A DNA stretch of 64,000 bases from the IMG/VR virus record IMGVR_UViG_3300033074_000984. One strand, written 5' to 3'. The notes below the pieces were generated by a model. It was given only the letters and a program-made list of their open reading frames with translations, was not told the origin of the DNA and made no database searches. Every line of letters begins with the position of its first letter. Positions within the stretch are counted from its first letter, which is position 1. The DNA comes from a virus (lineage: Duplodnaviria > Caudoviricetes). Below are positions 57,105 through 64,000 of this stretch, one piece after another. The position numbers and the translations under genes are program-made.

Positions 57105-57670
57105 TACATCCTCCCTCTAGAGTCTGCCCAGACCCTCTCGGAGTCGGCTCCCTTGAAACGTTGCGTCGGCAGCATCACGACCCTGTTCCAGTCTAGCGGC
57201 GACACGAGCCTGATCTCAGACGTCACGTGTCGCGACAGGTACTGCTTCACGCACGGCCGAAACCAACGACTAGCTGCTGCTCCCTTAAGGGCTCTGTAAG
57301 ACAGCGCCAGTCTTGTTCGCTCGGTTATCTTTGAGTTGTCGGGGGCCAGCTCCCAGAGGGCGTCCATCAGCCTCGACCGCAGCTCCGGTGGCAGGTAATG
57401 CACGTTAAGGCCAAGGAAACCGTCGCGCCTCATGTCTGTAACGAACACGAGTGGGTACCTGTCGTAGTACGGAAGTCGCGCCTTGAGCTTCGGGTCGTAG
57501 CCGAACATGACGAGTGACCCGATAACTCGCGACGTAACGAGCGAGATCTTGCCAGTATCCGGCCTAGCAACGAACGTTGATATCTTCTTGAGCTCGCGCC
57601 TCAGCCAGGCTACAGAGTCTCTAGTCAGCGACTCGCGAGTGCCCGTCGGCGGTTTTGGTAGCTTTGCCAT
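57104..57670 (-). CDS. 2: DNA end protector (gp2)
   Basis: YDPK.K..LPYYD.YPL, GLN.HYLPP, PC.K.YL..HV, VW.DS; late promoter at 57698-57704 on the minus strand. Confidence 0.9.
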   Translation of the reverse strand: MAKLPKPPTGTRESLTRDSVAWLRRELKKISTFVARPDTGKISLVTSRVIGSLVMFGYDPKLKARLPYYDRYPLVFVTDMRRDGFLGLNVHYLPPELRSRLMDALWELAPDNSKITERTRLALSYRALKGAAASRWFRPCVKQYLSRHVTSEIRLVSPLDWNRVVMLPTQRFKGADSERVWADSRGRM

Positions 57671-57724
57671 CTTCCTCGAGAATACATAGGAGTGAGCTAT
57701 TTATGCTCTCTTCTAGGAGTTAAG

Positions 57725-58213
57725 ATGAAGGGGCTGTTCAAGCCTACACGACCAGAAAGGTACTCGGGCGACGCGCGGCAGATAGTGTACCGCTCCTCCT
57801 ACGAGCTTAAGTACATGCGCTTTCTCGACTCGTCCCCAGAGATAGAGCGCTGGTCCTCAGAGGAGGTCGTGGTGCCGTACGTGTCCCCAAAAGACGGTCG
57901 GGTGCACCGATACTTCGTCGACTTCTGGGTGCTTCGCAAGGACGGACAAGAGGCGATCATCGAGATCAAGCCGATGGTGGAGTGTCGACCGCCAAAACAG
58001 CCCAAGTCGCCTCGCGGAAAGAACAAGTACGTCGCCGAGGTCATGACGTACGCCGTCAATCAAAAGAAGTGGGAGGCCGCTAGCGCGTACGCGCGCGAGC
58101 GTGGCATAGAGTTTCTGGTTCTCACCGAGCGAGAGCTCGACATACCGATAAGGAGGACGAGACGTGCGAGGAAGAGCGCTTCGAAGGCACCACGCAGAGA
58201 GGTGCTCGTCTAG
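57725..58213 (+). CDS. 4: Head completion nuclease (gp4)
   Basis: YRSSYE, WSSEE..PY.SP.D...HRYF.DF, EIKP, N..KW.AA, LTE. Confidence 0.92.
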   Translation: MKGLFKPTRPERYSGDARQIVYRSSYELKYMRFLDSSPEIERWSSEEVVVPYVSPKDGRVHRYFVDFWVLRKDGQEAIIEIKPMVECRPPKQPKSPRGKNKYVAEVMTYAVNQKKWEAASAYARERGIEFLVLTERELDIPIRRTRRARKSASKAPRREVLV

Positions 58214-58416
58214 AAGGACTAGCGAGTACCGTAACCAGCACCAGCTGATCTGGGACACGTACGATGATCAGGGTCAGCGGGCTCGCAGTTTTAGAGAGCA
58301 GCCAAAAGGGTGCTCGTGCTTCATGTGTGGAAACCCGAGGCGCTGGTTCGGCGCCTCGACGATTCAAGAGCGCAGGTACGAGACGACCTCTTGGGAAGAA
58401 GAATAAATAACGAGAC

Positions 58417-59382
58417 ATGGCAAACTACGCACCCAACAGCAGAGCTCCACTCGCTAACTTTCCTGGAGGACCAAACTCTCCCGAAGAGCTCACGTTTCCG
58501 CTCGACCTGCCGAGCTACAAGTACCACATCACGTTCGACTTTCGCAAGTTCGTCCGTAGGTCGTTGTACGACCGGGCGTTCTACGCCGCTCTCGGCGGCG
58601 TGAGGCTACCGATACCTGCTAACCTCGTAGACGCTGAAGCGGAGAAGTGGGGCACGATGGAGGCTGGCCCGGTGATCGGCTCTGTCATGGAGGCAGCGAT
58701 GCAAGCCAAGGCTGGGCTGCCGGCCTTCGACGTCAACCAACTAGCTGCACAGGTTCAAGACCTGTTCTCGTCCGGCAAGAGCATGACAGAGTCTCTCAGC
58801 TCTGTGCTCGGCGTGACGGGTGACGTCGCCAAGTCCATAGCAGCTACCATCCCTGGAGCGGCGACTAACTTTGCGATCGCCAACGCCATCCAGGCGTCGC
58901 AAGAGATAACTCGAGGGGGCTCGAGCGCCTACCTGGGCCTCTTTGGAAAGTCTATCAACCCGTTTCAAGTAGTCCTCTATCAGTGCCCCGTCTACAAGAG
59001 GCACAGCTTCACGTGGGTGCTCTCACCGCGAAACGAGCAAGAGAGCACCATCATCAAGAACATCGTAGCTAAGTTCCGGTATCACATGAAGTCTGACTTT
59101 ACCGGAGGGGTAGCTGGTGGTCTCATATTCGACTATCCAGACATGTGCTACGTCACCCTCTATCCCAAAGACGAGTACCTGTACAAGTTCAAGCCGTGCG
59201 TGGTCGAGGGTTTTCAGGCTAACTACGCCCGCCAGGCTCCCATGGGACCGAGCTTCTATCGTGGCACCGGCGCGCCGAGCGAGGTCGAGATAACGGTGAA
59301 CCTGCTTGAGATCGAGTACTGGGTCAAGGAGGACGTCCAGAACTCTTGGAGCTGGTCAAGTTCGGAGCCCGTCAGTGTCTGA
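58417..59382 (+). CDS. 48: Baseplate tail-tube cap (gp48)
   Basis: LPIP, INP....Y.....R.F.W.L.PRN..ES..I, YP, L.E.E; ATAAATA at 58403. Confidence 0.8.
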   Translation: MANYAPNSRAPLANFPGGPNSPEELTFPLDLPSYKYHITFDFRKFVRRSLYDRAFYAALGGVRLPIPANLVDAEAEKWGTMEAGPVIGSVMEAAMQAKAGLPAFDVNQLAAQVQDLFSSGKSMTESLSSVLGVTGDVAKSIAATIPGAATNFAIANAIQASQEITRGGSSAYLGLFGKSINPFQVVLYQCPVYKRHSFTWVLSPRNEQESTIIKNIVAKFRYHMKSDFTGGVAGGLIFDYPDMCYVTLYPKDEYLYKFKPCVVEGFQANYARQAPMGPSFYRGTGAPSEVEITVNLLEIEYWVKEDVQNSWSWSSSEPVSV

Positions 59383-60259
59383 GCAGTTCTTTAGAAAGTT
59401 CCCGGTAGTACGATACGGCGACTTCAACGCAGTAGACATCACGCGCGGCGTGGCTCTCCTGGACACGATTGACAAGAACCCGTTCGTGTTCTATCCGTAC
59501 GAGATAGCTTACGGCGAGCGACCCGACCAGCTGTCTGATCGCTACTACGACGACCCCTACCTCTCCTGGCTCGTGTACCTGAGCGCGGGCGTCTATGACC
59601 CCTACTATGACTGGTACATGCCAGATGACGAGTTCATGGAGTACGTCACAGAGCGCTACGGCACGCTCGCTGAGGCGGCCCGTGAGGTTCGCGGCTACAG
59701 GTGTAACTGGTACGAGGATGACAGCGTCATCACTCCAGGAAGGTTCTCGTCTCTAGACGTCGAGGAGATAAAGTACTGGGAGCCCGTTCGTGACGAGCGA
59801 GGAGCCGTCACGTCTTATCGACGCGCTCGGCGAGACTGGAGAAGGCACACCAACAGGATAGTCTCCTATCCGGTTAGCGGCGCTGGCTTCGTGCGAGGGG
59901 AGGCCGTGTCGATCGTCATCTCTGCACCCAGCCGCACAGGAAAGGGCTTCGTAGCGAGAGCTGCGTCTGACCAGCTGGTGCTCCAGCACCTGTCTGGCTA
60001 CTACGTCGACTCTGTCGAGACGCCGCTCTCGAGCGCCACGATAACTGGCTACTCGTCAGGAGCCGTCGTGGCTCTAGAGTCCTCCCCAACCGTTCTTGTA
60101 GAGCTCATAAAGCCGGAGGAGCAGGCTTATTGGTCAGAGGTGACCGCTCTAGACGAGGAGCAGGAGAGAAACGCCTCTAAGAAGAGCGTGCGTGTCATGG
60201 ACAAGAGACTGGCGGTGCAAGCCAGCCTAGACCTCTCTAAGGCGCTGAGCGACGACTGA
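59375..60259 (+). CDS. 53: Baseplate wedge protein (gp53)
   Basis: FF..FP, GERPDQLS..YY.D..WL....DPYYDW, E...N..K. Confidence 0.85.
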   Translation: MSEQFFRKFPVVRYGDFNAVDITRGVALLDTIDKNPFVFYPYEIAYGERPDQLSDRYYDDPYLSWLVYLSAGVYDPYYDWYMPDDEFMEYVTERYGTLAEAAREVRGYRCNWYEDDSVITPGRFSSLDVEEIKYWEPVRDERGAVTSYRRARRDWRRHTNRIVSYPVSGAGFVRGEAVSIVISAPSRTGKGFVARAASDQLVLQHLSGYYVDSVETPLSSATITGYSSGAVVALESSPTVLVELIKPEEQAYWSEVTALDEEQERNASKKSVRVMDKRLAVQASLDLSKALSDD

Positions 60260-61452
60260 TGGCCAATGATGTGAGACCAGGCGAGGTGGAGATCCTCGCC
60301 CTTACCCTTACCAGCTCTCACGGCTACTTTGACATGGCCGTCTACGCACAGCGCTGCTCTGTGTTCGAGAGCATCTTCAAGAACGGCAACTACGCAGAGT
60401 TCGAGGTGCTCGACATAGACGACGCGCTCGGAGACCTGCGCATGAACGGCACAGAGAGGGTGCACTTCTCGTTCCGTGTACCGACAAGGGACGAGATAGC
60501 CACCTACGAGTTCGCTGTCAACTCCATACGACTCTCCGAGTCACAGGCTGGTCGCGCCAGGACCTACACGATAGAGTGCGTCTCGATCGAGGTGCAGAAC
60601 TCTCGAATGGGTCTCATCTCTAAGAAGTGGAAGTCAACAGTCACCGCCGCGACCAGCGACATCTTTAGAAACTTCCTAGGCAGTGCTAAGTCGCTCCAAG
60701 CCGATCAGACGAGAGGCGTCCAGGAGCTGAGAATAAGCAACAAGAAGGCGTTCACTGCTATCAACGAGTTCGCGCAGCGAGCGAACGGAGCTGACGGCAA
60801 CCAGTGGCTGTTCTTTGAGAACCGTGACGGGTACCACTTCTCGCCCATCGAGAAGATGCAGCAGCAGGGATCTGTGAGGTCCCTCACCCAGCACCTCCAG
60901 CCAGGACGTGACGGCGTCGCCACCTTCGGCCCAGACGACCCGTTAGGCCTCTACAGACACATCCTCCACTACGAGATACTCTCTAAGCTCAACGTGGAGA
61001 AGACGATCAAGATGGGCGCGTTGAAGACTAACGTGAGCACGTGGAACTTCGACACGCGTGAGTTCAACACAAAAGACATCGTGCCGAAAGTGGCCAGCGC
61101 CGCGCTTCAGGGCATGGTGTCTGTCTTCGGCAAGGCTGGTCGGTCTGTGTCCGTGCCTGTGAACGGCCGCATGCCTACCAGTCACATACCGACGAGCGCT
61201 CCAGAGGCTGCTGGAGCAGCGGCTGCTATAATGCAGCTCGTCGTCATCGTTCAGACGTACGGAGACACGATCTACAGAGCGGGCTGGGTGATAGACGTCA
61301 ACATACCGAGGCCGGTGGCGCTAACCGGCCCACAACAGCCAGACCAGGTCGTGTCTGGCAACTTTCTCATCTCTAAGCTTCGTCACGAGATACTACACTT
61401 CGGTCACGAGCCGAGGTACACCTGTGTGGTCGAAGCGCTTCAGAACTACTAG
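60259..61452 (+). CDS. Baseplate hub protein (gp27-like)
   Basis: FESIF, LFFENRDGYHF, SGNFLISKLRH; lies between gp53 and gp5. Confidence 0.65.
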   Translation: MANDVRPGEVEILALTLTSSHGYFDMAVYAQRCSVFESIFKNGNYAEFEVLDIDDALGDLRMNGTERVHFSFRVPTRDEIATYEFAVNSIRLSESQAGRARTYTIECVSIEVQNSRMGLISKKWKSTVTAATSDIFRNFLGSAKSLQADQTRGVQELRISNKKAFTAINEFAQRANGADGNQWLFFENRDGYHFSPIEKMQQQGSVRSLTQHLQPGRDGVATFGPDDPLGLYRHILHYEILSKLNVEKTIKMGALKTNVSTWNFDTREFNTKDIVPKVASAALQGMVSVFGKAGRSVSVPVNGRMPTSHIPTSAPEAAGAAAAIMQLVVIVQTYGDTIYRAGWVIDVNIPRPVALTGPQQPDQVVSGNFLISKLRHEILHFGHEPRYTCVVEALQNY

Positions 61453-61460
61453 GAGGAGCC

Positions 61461-61946
61461 GTGGGTAATCAGACAGAGTTCGGCATGTCGCCGCGCATGT
61501 TCTACGCGGTGGTAGAGCAAGACGACAGGAAGGCGAACGGCGGGCGCGAGGCCGGCTGCTATCGCATGAGGATACCAGACATCCATCACGGGATGGAGAC
61601 CGAGGACCTGCCGTGGTTTCGGCAGATGACGCACTCTCAGTCTCATCAGAAGCTCGGCAAGTCGCCGACTCGACTGGCCAAGGGAAGCTGCTGTCTCGTC
61701 ATGTACAACGACTCGGGCGAGAACCCACTCGTCATCGGTTCGGTAGACACGTCTGGCCTCACCAAGGGAGGAAAGACGCTAGACGGCGCCCCAGAGGTGG
61801 ACCAGAAGTACAACTCGTTGCCGCCAGCGTGCCACGGCTCTGAAGAGACCGACGTCCAGCACTACTTCGTTGGCAGGCAGCCAGACAGCGTCAAGCACGA
61901 CGACCCAGAGGTCCTTCTCGAAACGCCGGGGCTGAGCGATGGCTAA
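61461..61946 (+). CDS. gp5 N-terminal OB-fold as a standalone ORF
   Basis: AVVE..D, R.RI..IH..EDLPW, GS..D...P.VIGS. Confidence 0.7.
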   Translation: MGNQTEFGMSPRMFYAVVEQDDRKANGGREAGCYRMRIPDIHHGMETEDLPWFRQMTHSQSHQKLGKSPTRLAKGSCCLVMYNDSGENPLVIGSVDTSGLTKGGKTLDGAPEVDQKYNSLPPACHGSEETDVQHYFVGRQPDSVKHDDPEVLLETPGLSDG

Positions 61947-63156
61947 GGTAGAGCCGGTACACGTCTTTCAGAAGCTGTCTGAGAAGATGCACGGTCGCGA
62001 CCTCAAGACGGTCGGCAACCCGACAAACGCCGCACGCGACGCGAGCGACCTTCTTAAGCAGATTCAGAAGCTTGACGGCAACAAGTCTGGCGTCTTCAAG
62101 AACGGCGCGTCGCTCGTAAAGCAGATGCGTGACATCATCTCTAAGGCGCAGACGAGTGGCGCCGGCGGCGCGAGCTCGGGCTCTGGCGTCGGCGCCGGGC
62201 TCGCTGGTGGTGCTAGCTCCGGAGCGAGCTCCACAGTGGCCGAGGCGATGCGACGAGTGGCCGATGACCAGACAGACGGAGAGTACTACGACGCAGCCTC
62301 TGAGGCGGCTGAGGCAGCTGAGGACGTCGCCCACGTCGAGAGCGTAATAGCCACCGTAGCGACCGGCGTCACCGCGCTCATCAACACAGAGTCTGCGTCA
62401 GAGGCTCAGGCCGCGGTGATCTCTGTCTGGGACGCTCTCGGCACGCTGACCGGCATCAACCCTACGAACCTGCCATGGAGAGTCGTGGGTGACGTGATGC
62501 GCTCCATGCGCGACCTCCTCCTCGCTCTAAACTTCGCCTGGAGCCTGATACCTGTCGGCTTCGGAACGTCGCGACTCACCCTGGCCTACATAACCCTGTT
62601 CGACTCTGTAGACCTGCAGGGCGCGGCTGTCTTGATACCGGTAGCTGACGAGTTGGCAGCTGTCATGGTAGCCTTCTCACACGACGAGGCAGAGGTCCTC
62701 GTAGACGCGGCGGCTAGACTTCAAGCGGCCGTTCGTGCTCCTGCGGAGACAGACGAGGAGGACGGATGCACCAAGCGAATGATGATCGAGTACGTCGAGA
62801 ACTGGCTCGTCACGAATCAGAAGAAAGCAGAGGAACTCACAGACACAGAGCTCTCCTCCCTCACCAGGTACCTCGTAGACAGCTGCAAGGCTAAGAAGAA
62901 CAAGAACCTGTTCCCGACACAACCTAGCTCTGACAACGCCGGCTCTTTCATACCAGACGTCGGCAGCATGGTCGAGCAGACCATGAAGAGCTTTGTCAAG
63001 AGGTCTGACGTCGACCAGGGCAAGATAAAGAGCGCTCTAGACAAGTTCAGCTACAACCAGGCAGTCGCTGAGAAGCTCAGACAAGTCGTCAAGCAGAAGC
63101 TACAACCGAACCAGACACCCAAGCCGCCTGGGGCGAGTGACGGAGCGACAAGCTGA
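61939..63156 (+). CDS. Hypothetical protein between the gp5 parts
   Basis: 405-aa helical ORF with overlapping start and stop codons on both sides. Confidence 0.65.
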   Translation: MAKVEPVHVFQKLSEKMHGRDLKTVGNPTNAARDASDLLKQIQKLDGNKSGVFKNGASLVKQMRDIISKAQTSGAGGASSGSGVGAGLAGGASSGASSTVAEAMRRVADDQTDGEYYDAASEAAEAAEDVAHVESVIATVATGVTALINTESASEAQAAVISVWDALGTLTGINPTNLPWRVVGDVMRSMRDLLLALNFAWSLIPVGFGTSRLTLAYITLFDSVDLQGAAVLIPVADELAAVMVAFSHDEAEVLVDAAARLQAAVRAPAETDEEDGCTKRMMIEYVENWLVTNQKKAEELTDTELSSLTRYLVDSCKAKKNKNLFPTQPSSDNAGSFIPDVGSMVEQTMKSFVKRSDVDQGKIKSALDKFSYNQAVAEKLRQVVKQKLQPNQTPKPPGASDGATS

Positions 63157-64000
63157 TGGCTAGAAGCAGAAGCAACATTCAAGACACGGACGAGCGTCGT
63201 AGCCGCATGGACAAGAAGGCCATGTTCTACGGCACCTACCCTTGGGTAGACGCAGAGCAGTACCCCTCTGGTCACCAGACGGTGCACGGCAACGAGGAGG
63301 GAGCGGAGTATCATCGAACCGAGAGCCGGTCACACGTTCATGAGAGGCTGGCCAGCTCTAACAATCGCGAGACGATATTCAACCTTGGCCCGAGTCACAC
63401 AGGCTCGCCACAAGGAACTACTAGCACTATCGGTAAGAGCAGAGACAGCATGACCGTCGAGAACGAGCGGTCGGGGGTCTTCGGCTCTGGACACGGCGAG
63501 ACGAAGAAGTGGCAGACGAGCGCTACCGGGAAGGGAACGGTGTCTAAGCGGGACGGTCCAGCCGCTGCGGGCAGTCTCGGATCGACGTGGAGCGTCTCGG
63601 CGTCTTCTAGCGCTGGCGGTGACAGCACGGGCATGGTGGACGGCGACCAGCACAGCTCGACGCGTGGAGACAAGGTCGCTTACCACGTAGGGACGCACGT
63701 CACAGTCAACAAGGGCGAGCGTTACGAAGACATCCAGAACGGCAACAAGGGAACAGTCGTCGAGGGCAAGTACAGCACCAACGCTTCGAAGACGTCAAAC
63801 CACAAGTCAGGTAGCGACTACACCATAGAGTCTAGCACCATGATTCGACTGAAGGTCGGGTCCTGCTACGTCGAGATAAAGCCTAACTACATCATGTGCT
63901 ACTACAACGACCCGACTACGAGCATGCTCGTGACTCAAGAGCACGTTCACATTCGTAAGAACGACAATCGCATCTTCGTAGACGACCAGGGCTGCTGGTC
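63156..64000 (+). CDS. gp5 C-terminal beta-helix spike-like protein, 3'-truncated by the window
   Basis: Open frame MARSRSN...YPW..YPSGH followed by V.GD/xG beta-helix-like repeats. Confidence 0.65.
   Translation, partial: MARSRSNIQDTDERRSRMDKKAMFYGTYPWVDAEQYPSGHQTVHGNEEGAEYHRTESRSHVHERLASSNNRETIFNLGPSHTGSPQGTTSTIGKSRDSMTVENERSGVFGSGHGETKKWQTSATGKGTVSKRDGPAAAGSLGSTWSVSASSSAGGDSTGMVDGDQHSSTRGDKVAYHVGTHVTVNKGERYEDIQNGNKGTVVEGKYSTNASKTSNHKSGSDYTIESSTMIRLKVGSCYVEIKPNYIMCYYNDPTTSMLVTQEHVHIRKNDNRIFVDDQGCW

Noticed and set aside
1-64000. Stop-codon reassignment
   Set aside because: Core genes are intact in the standard code and terminate at TAG, TGA and TAA

Overview
This is a 64-kb segment of a large, GC-rich T4-like myophage genome. 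The host is most likely an alphaproteobacterium, because the phage carries a circularly permuted tmRNA with an ANDN...AA tag and a GGCAGTA T-loop. T4-core replication genes present: gp43 PolB, UvsX, gp41, gp61, RNase H, gp33, gp59, gp32. Baseplate/tail genes present: gp51, gp26, gp54, gp2, gp4, gp48, gp53, a gp27-like hub and a split gp5. Other genes: a class II ribonucleotide reductase with an HNH intein at its catalytic Cys, lysis-type genes and many small accessory ORFs. Sigma70-type early promoters and (A/C)TAAATA late promoters are recognisable. Most notable: (1) a two-piece tmRNA whose excised intervening segment is a 179-nt multi-hairpin RNA with complementary (kissing) loops; (2) a six-gene NDP-heptose plus glycosyltransferase operon with its own transaldolase and a hybrid HddA-kinase/HxGH-transferase pairing, alongside abundant restriction-type palindromes and non-consensus PolB pocket residues, which together hint at DNA or virion glycosylation; (3) a translation-support set (atypical CAT tRNA, tRNA-Thr, tmRNA, Met aminopeptidase, (p)ppGpp hydrolase, nucleotidyltransferase); (4) hairpin-embedded, apparently recombining early-promoter cassettes; (5) two tape-measure-like peptidase proteins, one with tandem GcrA-like HTH repeats. 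All calls come from reading motifs by eye; no searches or folding programs were run.
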